The notes: a model not told the origin generated them from the sequence alone. A DNA stretch of 63,723 bases, filler included, from Octopus bimaculoides (GCF_001194135.2; 8 parts of 6 records of this genome joined end to end with filler, not necessarily neighbours in it), one strand, 5' to 3'. Shown: positions 1 through 11,853, counted from the whole stretch's first letter. A program made the numbers and translations.

Positions 1-153
1 CTCTCTCTCTCTCTCTCCCCTTCTCTCTCTTTTAATAATATATTCTATTATGCAAATAATAAACATTAACGTCGTCTGATAAGGAAATGATTCTAACGTT
101 AAACAATTAGTTCAAATATCACCGTTCTTTTTCTCTTTATTTGCTGATATATA

Positions 154-274
154 CTCTTTTACTCTTTTACTTGTTTCAGTCACTTGACTGTGGCCATGCT
201 AGAGCACCGCCTTTAGTCGAGCAAATCGACCCCAGGACTTATTCTTTGGAAGCCTAGTACTTATTCTATCGGTC
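154..274 (-). mobile_element. SINE family C, 3' part
   Basis: Reverse complement matches the tail (gaataagtcctggggtcgat...gtgctccagcatggcc...gactgaaacaagtaaaag) seen in the copies at 30875 and 51990. Confidence 0.75.
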
Positions 275-483
275 CCACCTTGTAGTATGCTATTTAAAGG
301 CCGTCTACAGTATTCGGCTACCTGATGTCAACAACACTATGGAGGTATGCACAACTGGATTTATTTCAGGAATTCTTTTGTGTCCGTAGAGTTTATAGTA
401 CATACTATCCGTCTCCTTTTGCCACGCTGACCAAAATGTATTGTTATAGAAATGAACGAAACAACAAGTAATAAACGAGATAC

Positions 484-551
484 CTTTTTAAAAATCACCA
501 GGCGAGACGCATCTGCTCCTATGATGCATGATAATTGTTTGTACATCTCAC
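484..551 (-). CDS. Alternative candidate downstream exon (GEMYKQLSCIIGADASRLVIFKK)
   Basis: ccttacag acceptor and AAG|gtatct donor, open in a phase-1 frame. No homology recognised. Confidence 0.2.
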
Positions 552-636
552 CTGTAAGGTACCGGTGTATGATGGGTCGAAACGATCGTAGTGGCTCGTG
601 AATTCCATTTAGTTTCTCACATTTTATGTAACTGTT

Positions 637-953
637 GAAGGCGCGTGGCTTTGTGGTTAAGGTATTCGGCTTACGATCGTAAGGTCGTGAGTTCAATTCC
701 TGGTGGAGCGCTGTGTCCTGAGCAATACACTTTATTTCATGTTGCCCCAGTCAGCTCAGATGGCAAAAATGAGTAGTACATGTATTTCAAAGGGTCAGCC
801 TTGTCTCATTCTGTGTCATGCTGAATCTCCTTGAGAACTACGTTAAGAGTTCACGTGTCTATGGAGTGCTCAGCCACTTGCATGTTAATTTCACGAGCAG
901 GCTATTCTTTTGATCAGATCAACTGGAACCCACGTCGTAACCGACGGAGTGTC
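637..953 (+). mobile_element. tRNA-derived SINE family A, near full length
   Basis: A-box-like gtggctttgtggtt and B-box gagttcaattcc (689-700). The body recurs at 39360, 50554, 56380 and 63133. Confidence 0.8.
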
Positions 954-1758
954 AGTTTGTTTGCTTGCTCGTTTGTATGTATGTATGGGCTTGCACGCAG
1001 TCTCTATTTGCCATATTCTCCTCACGAGGTATTGGTTGACCTGAGACATCTTGACCACACAGTAGTGCCTGCACCCACTTGGAACTATTTTACTTGTGTC
1101 ACTAATGCTCATGAGAAAAGTATAAATGTGACTGCGTTTTCTTATCTTTCCCCATCAATGTGAGGTTTCATGATTACAGTGTTAAAAAAAAAAAGACGGG
1201 TGAAATATTCTCAGTTAATTTCATCTGACAGAAATGATATCCATTTGCAACAAGATTCGTACTTTTAGAAGAAGCATTTCTTCAAATATAGATTCTTAAC
1301 TTTCGCCAAAGTGGTTTTAGAAAATGAAGGCAAAAAATAGAAAAAGAAAGGAAAACAAAAAGGAAACAAAAAAATCCGGTTGATTGACAAATAACATTGT
1401 GGTTGATGTAGTTGCCTTCCATTTGTATTTTTTGCTTTTTAATAAATTCTGAATATCTTTGTTTACATGCAAATATAGAAAAATGCTGTTTTAAATATAT
1501 TCATAATGCTTCTGAGGAAAGAGTTTTAAAGACTTTCCGACATGTTTATTTCTTCTTTTTATTATAAACTATCATTTATAATCCTACACATGCTTAAAAG
1601 CTCAGCAGCTTGGTAATCCATATCTGCTCCTAGTACCACCGGTCACAAGATTAACCTATGTTACAGTTTTTATTTGAATACATGCATAAAATAAATATGT
1701 AGAAAAATTTCCAAGGAAGCTATAATGGTATTTTGTCTGGGGATTTCTTATTTGGGGC

Positions 1759-1772
1759 CTAATCCCAGCTGC
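1759..1772 (-). CDS. Candidate terminal coding exon (G-S-W-D-stop)
   Basis: Acceptor ...aatcttttag gives an in-frame TAG. AATAAA lies on the minus strand at 1669-1674. Other acceptors are possible. Confidence 0.3.
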
Positions 1773-1896
1773 CTAAAAGATTACTGTTAAACAAATATGA
1801 GTATACAACTCCAACTGTTACTATTGCTCGCCGAAGAAAATACTTCAAAACATTTCACGTCTTCACAGCCAAACTTCTAAATAATAAAAAAATTAC

Positions 1897-1971
1897 CTCT
1901 ATACATGATGTATAAGTTAGCTTTTTGGGGCTCACAAGATGAACAACAGGCGTTGGTATTGAGCCCTGTTT
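1897..1971 (-). CDS. Probable downstream exon (KTGLNTNACCSSCEPQKANLYIMYR)
   Basis: Acceptor ...tttatttatatag and donor G|gtaatt. 75 nt, phase 1-1, open in frame, contains CCxxC. Confidence 0.6.
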
Positions 1972-2199
1972 CTATATAAATAAACCTATGAGTAGACATA
2001 GAGAAGATTTTAGTTCTAAATTAAAATTATGTATATGTTACAAAAGTGAAGATTTTCACAGTTTATTATTTGCAGTGTTAGAAAATTCTGTATTATAAAC
2101 AGTGAAAGTTTTGAAATAAATCAGAAACATGCATTCTCCTTGTGTTTGAGAACGAGTGACCATGCTTACTTTCATGGTACACTTGGGTTATATAGATGG

Positions 2200-2492
2200 A
2201 CATTTACATTACTATTTCGAGTCCTGGGACTCATAGGGCCAGTTACTCGGTCTCCTTGGCGTATAAGCGACTGAGATCACAACATACCCCTGGACGAGAC
2301 GCCAATCCGCCAATCCGCCAATCCGCCAATCCGCCAATCCACCGCAAATTTACTCATTTACAGCTAGGTGGACTGGAGTAACGTGAAATGAAGTGTTTTA
2401 CCCTAGAACACGCACGTCCGGTTAGGGAATCGAAACCACGATCTTGCGATCATGAGTACAACACCCTAACAACTACGTCACGCGTCTTCACT
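2200..2492 (-). mobile_element. tRNA-derived SINE with an A-like head and a different body
   Basis: Minus-strand head gaagacgcgtgacgtagttgttagggtg...ggtttcgattccc resembles the family A head. Confidence 0.7.
2301..2340. repeat. (GCCAATCC)x5 perfect tandem octamer inside the SINE
   Basis: Units start at 2301, 2309, 2317, 2325 and 2333. Confidence 0.95.
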
Positions 2493-3339
2493 TATATAGA
2501 GGGGGATAATGGTATTCAACACTGCTGAATTTGAACACTAAAAACCAATGAAATACTCAGTAGTTTTATAGTAATGTCGTTGATTACGGTGGCAAAATAT
2601 ACCAGTCCGTAGTACTAAATCATATTTAGGTGAATTCGGTTTGTGAGAGCAAACGCTGCCAATCATTATCTTAGTACAGATCCTTTGACAGGATTCGAAC
2701 GGTTGAATTTCGGGTAGTTGTCTGATGCCCTATCCAGTCAACTATCCAAGAAAACATTGGTTTCTTATTGACCAGACACAAGATTCTTGCTTTATATGAG
2801 AGTGAAGAATGAGAAACATAACGATGAAGCCATTCCCAAAGGTATCAAAGGAATAAATGAAACAGTTATTTTGGGTAGTTTGTTCTTAGCTGATGTTGTT
2901 CTTTAGTCCAAGGTCAACCCTGGTCAATGACATTCCATCCATGATCATCCAGTCTGTTTTTTTACAGACATAGTATAACTAGAATTACATTATTCAAAGT
3001 GTTTTTTCCATTTTAAAAACAAAATCCTGTGGTTTGAGAGAGATTTATTTTACTATTTTTAGCATGTTGACGGTTCTTGTGGAGGCTTCAGAATTGGTTC
3101 GAATTGTTTATAATTGATATTGAACTTGATATAGTCGTCTTTGTTTGGCGCTAGGTCAAGACCAAGAGAGCAGACTTATCGTTAGAGGCATTCCAGCTAT
3201 GACCATCCAGTCTATTCAAGGTTGGGCAGGACTAAATGAATGTGTTATAAATCCTTCTTTCTGTCACAACCTCAAGTCTATTATGATTATCCTCCTACCC
3301 TGTGTCCATCCGTATTTCCGTATTTCTACCTAGTTTCTG

Positions 3340-4486
3340 AAGATAACTAGCTGTCAACACAAACCCGATGTAGTCTCTGAAGAGACCTCGGGCGAAACAA
3401 TATACATTCTCATTGTTATGGATAAAATTCACGCGCGCGCGCGCACACACATTTTAATCGAAGTGTACAGTATTATATATCCATTACGGCTGATCTTACT
3501 CAATCGGTTTGCACTTGGGGCTCAACGGAGTGTCAAGTAACAGTCCGATTATATAACTCTGCGCTCATATGGAATGAAATATGGCTCTCTATTATTGGAG
3601 GTGAATAGACACATCCGGTTTGTGGTTGCTGTGAAAAGATAATGAAACGAATCGAGCAGGATTTTAAAAGTTATGTCCCTTGATACCAAACATCGTCACT
3701 GTGGGTGATTTTGTTGCAAGTCGGCAAGAGTTTTCTGGAAACGAGTTTGTGGGAAATGTGTATGTCTTTAAGATTGATGTTCTTGTGGAAATGGAAAGTG
3801 TGTAGTGGTATTATATGTATAAGCTTTGCTTTGGCTATACACATTTGTGTTCGTTAGTGTGTTTCCTGTCTTTTAAGTATTGGTTAAATTTGTGGGGCAT
3901 TTGTGTGTGCATGCGGTGTGTGTAGGAGAACAATATGCATGGCTGCTTATGTTAGGGGTGATGGAAGCAAGTCTATTTGTCTAGGTGTCCGCCGTGCTGT
4001 GACACGTGTGTTTGTTTGTGAGTACATTAGTGCATGTTCTGGCCAAACTCTTTGCCGGACTCCCAGACATTGGTGGTAGTGGTGGTGGGGATGAAGTTGG
4101 AGAACTGGTGATTATATCATGATGGGGCACGCAGGTATGATAGGATGCACTTACTTTCATATGGGCAAGAATTAAAAATTTCGCTTCTGCTATTCAGGTA
4201 AATGCCCGAGTGCCTCTGTCTCGGGCGTGGGTCTACTTACTAAAATCTTTTTAACATTAAGTGTACAGCTAAAGGAAATTCTCAGGGTATGCCTGTTAAA
4301 TATTTTGCTGAACCTATTTGTACGGGGAAAGTGCTTGTCTACTAAGCTAAGGAAAAGCTTACCTACTCGGGTTTTAGCACTTAAAGAGAAGGGCAGTGTA
4401 AACCATAACACTTTCCGGTGGCATTTTCTCTTGGAGGGGTTAGGATCTGGCATGTAACTAATTCTATTCTTGAAACCGCTAGCGGC
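3340..4486 (-). mobile_element. Penelope-like element remnant (RT tail/linker and decayed GIY-YIG)
   Basis: ORF 4190-4591 contains RKVLWFTLPFS..KTRVGKLFLSLVDKHFP...FSKIFNRHTLRISFSC, typical of the Penelope post-RT linker. Downstream frames show decayed ITFKIL..TTNRMCL. Confidence 0.8.
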
Positions 4487-4541
4487 CATGTATGTATGTA
4501 TGTATGTATGTATGTATGTATGTATGTATGTATGTATGTAT
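4487..4541. repeat. (TATG)n microsatellite
   Basis: Read directly from the sequence. Confidence 0.95.
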
Positions 4542-4619
4542 GTTGTGTGTGTGTGTGGATACGTATATGTATGTGTATACCTTGGTTTCAACTATGAGTA
4601 TTCCAACTGTATTACTTAC

Positions 4620-4682
4620 TCATTGGATTATAGTCGAAGTGGTTGAATATTCCACAAACATTTATCTCTTTGACCATAGACT
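4620..4682 (-). CDS. Probable downstream exon of the chitin-binding gene (ESMVKEINVCGIFNHFDYNPM)
   Basis: Acceptor ...gtttcag and consensus donor A|gtaagt. 63 nt, phase 1-1, open in the frame continuing from the CBM14 exon. Confidence 0.6.
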
Positions 4683-4689
4683 CTGAAAC

Positions 4690-4756
<67 letters not shown>
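4690..4756. repeat. (AGT)n microsatellite, about 22 units
   Basis: Read directly; abuts the acceptor of the 4620-4682 exon. Confidence 0.95.
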
Positions 4757-5059
4757 ATAGATAATTACTGCCATAGTAAAGGCGATATCTATAATTGGTT
4801 TCAAATGATTGTCATGGTAACCAATGTGAGAATCTAGCTTACACTGAAAATGCGCATGATTTTTCAACATGGGAAATTATAAGCACATTGGTGGCTAAAA
4901 ACGGTGAGTGGTAAACATTTTGAGTCAAAATTCTACCACGGTTGACTTGGGTTTTCACCACTTCCAGGAAGAAGGAAAATGCGAGCGTAATATACTGAGG
5001 TTTGATCTATCTCCTTACAAAACTGAACTTTTGAAGTTTCAGAAAAAAGAATAATTCTT

Positions 5060-5440
5060 TCTAGTTTTGACACAAGGCAAGCAGTTTTAAGAGGAGAAGG
5101 CACGTCGATTACATTGACGTTAGTATTCGATTGGTACTTATTTTATCGGTCCTGAAAGGATAAAACAAAGTGACCTCAGCTGCATGCGAACTCAGAACAT
5201 AAAACTGGAAAAATGTCACTAAGCATTTTGTCCGGTGTGCTAACCATTCTGCCAGTTCGTTGCTTCAACTGTTTCGCATTTTAGCACAATATAAGAAAGG
5301 GGTTAGTCGATTACATTGCGTCCAGTATTTTACCAGTACTTTTTTTTACGAAAGGGTGAAAGCCAATATTGAACTCGGTTGGAAGAAATGCCGCTAAGTA
5401 TTTTGTCCGACTCACTAATGATTCTGTCAATCCTCCGCTG
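5060..5440 (-). mobile_element. Two decayed SINE family B copies
   Basis: gtcgattacatt...ggtactt...gaactcagaac...aagcattttgtccg motifs occur twice. Confidence 0.7.
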
Positions 5441-7978
5441 GACCGTCCTACCAATTGTTTCTAACAAAGACAAAAGGACTAATTTTTTGTGATGGTGGTA
5501 GATGAGTAAATCAATTAAATGGTTCTAGTACCTGACAGGTACTTTATTTTAACGATGCCTGAAACATGAAAGGCAAAACTGACTTCGGTTGGGTTTGAAC
5601 TGAGAGCTCAGATAGTCGGAACAAATACCGTAAAGAATTTTTTATCCGACACACTAACGACTCTGCTGATTCCTCGCCCTTTTGCGCAGACACAAATAGT
5701 AAATAGCGATATTGTTGATAGAAGACAAAAAAAAAAAGACAAAAAAAGAAAAAGGAAAAGAAAACGAGAAGAAATAGGTAAACGGAGAAAAGAGAATGCA
5801 AGAGGAAAGAGTTGAGGTGAAGAAGGAAGACAAGGAAAAGGGAGAAAAAAAAGACGCCATGCTTGAAAACGAGGCTTGTAGTTGAGGAAGAAAAATCACA
5901 TCTATAACACGTGATGGTCAGAAGGCATTTGTAGTTTATTGTAAAACTGGATATATTATAAACAATCGATAAAGAAATAATAACAAAACGAATTCATCCG
6001 GGTTTTCATTCAACAGAAATTTCAAAAGTCAGAAAACCGTGTCCACGTAAGCTTAGTATTAATTTTTCGATTTTTCTGAAAGTAAACACAATAAAAACAA
6101 CGTTTTAGTAAGATCGGAGAAGACTGGAGTGAATTTTAAATAATCTTCAAAAACAACTACTATTAATCGTAACTAAAGATTTATTGAGGTAAAATTACAC
6201 TAATGTATAAGAGAAAGAACGCGATGCCTTTCCAAAATTTCTTAGTACTTATATTAATGGGTTGCTCTGTTTTTTCACATGCAGTCATCCTCTTCTATAT
6301 TCAATAAAATATTTGAATGATTGTTAAGGATTCCCTCGCGAACACGCAACAACATCTTTTTGTATCTTATTTATTTACCACTATAATCTCTATTATTTCT
6401 GAATCATCTAGATGCGTATTCATTTCATCTAAACCCATCCAGTCCATTCGTCTCTTTTCCTCATTCCGTCATCTTCACCGTATTTCATCTCCTAGATCCT
6501 GTACAAAATATTTCTCCAAAATTTTCTCGCCAGAATTCAGCCGTTTCATGCTTACATAGACCTACAAATGCCTAAGCTCTCACAAGTTTGAAAGGATTTA
6601 CAAAGATCATGGACACTTCCCTTTCTTTCGTGACCAACTCACAAGGACGAAGTGAAAATAGTTCGAACGACAGTCGACTGTGAACTAACAAGTCGATTCG
6701 GTTTTCCAAATTATCTCTTGGTCTTTTGGTGTGTTGATCGCTATTATGACATATTTTTGGCTGAGTCAACCGATATAACCAAAACGATAGCTGAACCCAG
6801 TTAATGAACATAACGGTAAATTACAAGTAGATAAGATTGAAGGCCAGTTTCTTTTCAATTTAGTGAATCCGAAAAAAAAAATCCAAAATAAAAAGGATCG
6901 TGCATAAGGCCTTAGAACACTCTTAATTATTTGACTTTAATACCTGTAACAGTGTTGCTTTCTCTAAGGGACGCTAACCAACAAATGGTGTTTTTTCATA
7001 GAGAATTGTAGATTATGATAGAAAGAAATTCCTTAGAGATAGCAGGATCTCAACTAGCGTCTAATCCTAAGAAGTAAAGAACTTTAAAAATGGTTGTTTC
7101 ATTTTGACTAGGTGGCGCACCTCAAGACAGTGCTAGGAGATACTGCAGGGAGATACAGAATGACGATTGATGGTTCAAGAAGTTTGACCATGTCGATTAT
7201 ACCAAGATTTCAATATTCTGGTAACATGTCTTATTTTAAGTATTTTTGTGTGTTCATACCCCCCACCCCACCCCAGAAGAAAACCTCCAATTGCCGCTAA
7301 GGAGAAACATATGTTAAGAGTTGAGGACCAATATGAAGATATAAAAAATGATAGGATATGAATTAAATGGCCTAAATCATGAATTTGAAGAGATGCACAT
7401 ATTTTAGTCGCTCAAAACACTTCATATGCATAACTGATATGGAAAAACATAACATTTCATATATATAACTGATATCATGGAAAAACTTTCAAAATAAACA
7501 CTAAGATGACTTCTTGGTTACATGTAATTAACAACGCTGTTTACAAAAGGCGATATAAAATAAGAAAATAAAGCACAACAACCATAAAAATAACAGTAAT
7601 AATAATCCTCATGCCTTGATTGCTGCAAATAAATTGAATTAATTGAAAGCATTAATTATCTCATGAAAGAAAATCACGAGGAATCGTTTCCTCATTTTCA
7701 TACATTACACGAGCTTTTAGGTTCTCGACATATACTCAGTCTTGGTTTAAATTCTCGTTTATGATTAGCATATTCTTGCTTCTGCTCGATAATCACACCA
7801 GTTAATTGATAATCCCGTCATTTAATTTGACATGATTAGGTTAGAAAAAGAATTCAACCTATTGAAAATTAATCTCGTCGAGTGTGAGGAGAGTGAAACG
7901 TACTGATAAAGACGGAGTTTTATTTACACCCAGTTTACGTGAAATGTTAAACGGGATCCGGAATCCCAAGATATTTAC

Positions 7979-8155
7979 CGAGTTTGCAGTTAGCTTCCTT
8001 GGCAAGTACACATCTCTGAAGCTTAAGACTAAAATGAAGCCGGTCTGGACATTGCATTACAGTCCTTGAAGTGTGGTTAAAGCATGGAATGTAACTGTGG
8101 CAGTTTTCTGGGTTTCTGTTGTTTCCGTTCGGATAGTCGTTACATAATACGTCAT
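7979..8155 (-). CDS. Internal coding exon, peritrophin-A / CBM14 chitin-binding domain
   Basis: Translates DVLCNDYPNGNNRNPENCHSYIPCFNHTSRTVMQCPDRLHFSLKLQRCVLAKEANCKL with spacing C-x13-C-x5-C-x10-C-x12-C-x7-C. Acceptor is a pyrimidine tract ending ...caccctacag; donor is G|gtaaat. 177 nt, phase 1-1. Confidence 0.9.
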
Positions 8156-8224
8156 CTGTAGGGTGTAAATAAGAAAAAGAAAGTTTTAGGATAGACATCA
8201 TAAAACGATTAAATTATTATTTTC

Positions 8225-8460
8225 TAATCTAGGCATAAGGCCCGAAATTTTTGGGGAGCGGGGGCAGTCGATTAGATCAACCGCAGTACGCAACTGGTAC
8301 TTAATTTGAACTCAGAACGTAAAGACACACGAAACACCGCTAAAGCATTTCGCCCGGAAAATATAAATATTTTTTTCTACTATAGGCACAAGGCCCAAAA
8401 CTTTCGGAGAAGGGGCCAGTCGATTAAATCGAACCCAGTATGCAGCTGGTACTTAATTTG
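8225..8460 (-). mobile_element. Two partial SINE family B copies
   Basis: ctaggcacaaggcc...cagtcgattagatc...caactggtacttaattt repeated. Confidence 0.75.
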
Positions 8461-8529
8461 GAAAATATAAATATTAGAACAAAACTGAATCTTTCGGTGA
8501 GATTTTTTAATGTTAACTACTTTGTGGTG

Positions 8530-8596
<67 letters not shown>

Positions 8597-9060
8597 GGAG
8601 AGAGGGAGAGAGAGACTTTGTGCATGTGTGCGCGCAGCGAATTTAAGAATAACACCAAAGAAAATGTTAGACGATATAGTCTTCTTCAAGAGTGTTATAA
8701 CATTAAAAGAAAAAAAATATTGAAAGAATGTCCTGTCATTAGATCGTATCGTTTAGTTTTCAAAAAAGACAAAAACGAAAAACTGTCTAGTTATCGCTGT
8801 CAGTCTACATTTCCTCTGAACTACTGCTTTTCCCTGATTAACTTCCTTACCAAGCATTCCGGGTACTTCTTTATTGATATTATTTCAGTTATGCTTACAC
8901 ACACAAATCAGCAACTGTTAATGGAGCTAATATCTAAGCAACAGGTGATTGCTCATAACTCAGGAATCATGGGTAATGTCTATCCAATGGAATGTACCAG
9001 AAAAAGTCAAACAGAGCCAAACGTTAACTCATTGGGAAGTAATAGTCACTGTTCATGGAA

Positions 9061-9130
<70 letters not shown>

Positions 9131-9645
9131 NNNNNNNNNNNNNNNNNNNNNNNNNNNNNNNNNNNNNNNNNNNNNNNNNNNNNNNNNNNNNNNNNNNNNN
9201 NNNNNNNNNNNNNNNNNNNNNNNNNNNNNNNNNNNNNNNNNNNNNNNNNNNNNNNNNNNNNNNNNNNNNNNNNNNNNNNNNNNNNNNNNNNNNNNNNNNN
9301 NNNNNNNNNNNNNNNNNNNNNNNNNNNNNNNNNNNNNNNNNNNNNNNNNNNNNNNNNNNNNNNNNNNNNNNNNNNNNNNNNNNNNNNNNNNNNNNNNNNN
9401 NNNNNNNNNNNNNNNNNNNNNNNNNNNNNNNNNNNNNNNNNNNNNNNNNNNNNNNNNNNNNNNNNNNNNNNNNNNNNNNNNNNNNNNNNNNNNNNNNNNN
9501 NNNNNNNNNNNNNNNNNNNNNNNNNNNNNNNNNNNNNNNNNNNNNNNNNNNNNNNNNNNNNNNNNNNNNNNNNNNNNNNNNNNNNNNNNNNNNNNNNNNN
9601 NNNNNNNNNNNNNNNNNNNNNNNNNNNNNNNNNNNNNNNNNNNNN

Positions 9646-9688
<43 letters not shown>

Positions 9689-9691
<3 letters not shown>

Positions 9692-10140
9692 CATTGCACT
9701 CCTCTGGAACTTCACCATTCAAAGTGACAGAAAGATAGACGCAAATAGGCCAGACATCATACTGAAAGACTTCAGACAAAAATCATGCCTCCTCATTGAT
9801 ATGACTGTCCCAATCGATATAAACGTATCTGTCAAGACCTACCAAAAACTGAGCAAATATAAAGATCTTGAAATAAAAATTAGCAAAATGTGGAATCTGA
9901 AGACGAAAACAATACCTATTGTCATAGGTGCCCTGGGAATGACAGCGAAACGGGCTGATTACTACCTAGATCAGATTCCAGGAAACCCCAAAATGGCTGA
10001 AGTTCAAAAGATAGTGCTCATGGGAACTAAGCTCTCTAAGCTTTCAGCCATACTGTAACATCTCTTATCCTTCACTTGCCCTAGGGTGCTGGGTGTGTCT
10101 CGGCTAGTGATTGCAAGAAACATGCAAATTAAAAGTAAAC
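9689..10140 (+). mobile_element. R4/Dong-like non-LTR retrotransposon 3' fragment (REL endonuclease)
   Basis: Reads LWNFTI..DRKIDANRPDIILKDFRQKSCLLIDMTVPIDINVSVKTYQKLSKYKDLEI...IVIGALG...QKIVLMGT. Preceded by (AAT)n and followed by a 3' UTR similar to that of the 11262 copy. Confidence 0.9.
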
Positions 10141-10199
10141 AACAACAATAATAATAATGACGACGACAACGATGACAGCAACAACAGCAACAACAACAA

Positions 10200-11160
10200 C
10201 TAAATGGCAAATATGTGGCCCGTACCAAATAAACTGATGTAGACCAGAAGAACACCCATCAGTGGCTACAGAGCTCAGGGCTAAAGGCAGAGAATGAAGG
10301 CTTTATCTTGGCTACCCAAGATCAGAGCTTATTGACCCGGAACTATCAAGAAAATGTAATGAAAAATGATGTAGACCTAAAGTGCCGATACTGCAACGAC
10401 GGGATAGAAACAGTTGACCACCTAATCTCCGGATGTAAGGTTTTAGCACCTGTAGAGTACAAATCAAGCCATGACAGAGTTGGCCAATATCTACACTGGA
10501 TAATGCGTCGGCATTATAAAATCAAAACTGCTGACAAATGGTACAAGCACCACCTTGAGGCTGTAACTGAGGGAGAAAATGAAACTATTCTTTGGGACTT
10601 ACCAGTATGTACAGATCGGTCCATCAAGGCAAATAAACCAGATATTGTGAAAGATAAAAGCAATAAAGTTTGTTTATTGGTTGACATGAGCATACCACGT
10701 GACCATAATGTCCTGGCAAAAGAATTTGATAAGCTCAAAAAATATAAAGATCTGCTAATCGAAATTGAAAAGATGTGGCATCTCAAGACGGTTACAATAC
10801 CAGTGATTGTAGGATCACTTGGAATGATCAAAAAAGGAACTGAAAATTATTTAAGAATGATTCCTGGCTTACCATCTATGCAGAAAGTGCAAAAGATTGT
10901 CTTAACTGGTACGTCACGCGTACTGAGAAGAGCATTGTCACTGAAAATTTTCTTCTTTTTTCCTCCCTTTATTTTATTTGTTTCCGTTTCTGTTTTTTTA
11001 CTTTTTCCTTTTTCTTTCTGTCTTCCCCCTTTTCTCTATCACATGACTATGTAAATGAACTATCTGGTGTGCTTGCTTTAATGTCCCACCAATGTATATA
11101 ATACGTTTCTCTGCCCAAGGTGTCAGGAAGACACTCAGCAAGAAATGGAAACAGAATTGA
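10200..11160 (+). mobile_element. R4/Dong-like non-LTR retrotransposon 3' fragment (CCHC zinc knuckle plus REL endonuclease)
   Basis: ORF 10308-11054 has CRYC...ETVDHLISGC, SHDRV and KPDI..D..K.Y.DL. Ends in a 3' UTR then a long (AAT)n. Confidence 0.92.
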
Positions 11161-11184
11161 AAGAAGATAGTAATGAAAATGATG

Positions 11185-11261
<77 letters not shown>

Positions 11262-11263
<2 letters not shown>

Positions 11264-11731
11264 CATCATCCTGAGCCAGTCGTTGAAGGTAAAAATGTCC
11301 CTATCCTCTGGGATTTTCCAGACAACGATCCAGGCTAATAGAGCAGGCATAATTATTAAGGACAGGAAATAAAATACTTGTAGACTAATAGATGTAAGTG
11401 TTTCCACTGATAAAAATATATCTGTAAAGGAATTTGACAAACTAAGTAAATATAAGAACCTTTAAATTGAAATACAAAAGCTGTGGCATCTTAAAGCGAG
11501 AATTGTTCCTATTATTATAGATACCCTAGATATGATAAAAAAGGGATGTCAGAAACATCTAGATAAGATCTCTGAGAAATCCAAAACATTGTACTGCCCA
11601 CATCCTTAGAAGATATTTCACTACTTCCCCCCACCAGCTTTCAGTCATATTGTAACATCTCTTATCCTTCACTCGCCCCTGGACACTTGGTGTGTCTCGG
11701 CAAGTGACTGCAACAAATATGCCGATTAAAA
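11262..11731 (+). mobile_element. Third R4/Dong-like 3' fragment, more decayed
   Basis: HHPEPVVEG..ILWDF / IQANR..IIIKD..LIDVSV..DKNISVKEFDKLSKYK with stops, followed by (AAT)n. Confidence 0.85.
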
Positions 11732-11755
11732 GTAATAATAATAATAATAATGATG

Positions 11756-11853
<98 letters not shown>

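Noticed and set aside
637-705. tRNA gene
   Set aside because: Only A/B-box-like head with no complete cloverleaf, and it continues into a SINE body seen in several copies.
8800-9062. Possible coding exon upstream of the CBM14 exon
   Set aside because: Stops in all minus-strand frames over useful lengths. Probably an unclassified repeat remnant.
10308-11054. 248-aa ORF as a host gene
   Set aside because: It is the C-terminus of an R4/Dong-like retrotransposon, 5'-truncated, with frameshift read-through into the UTR.
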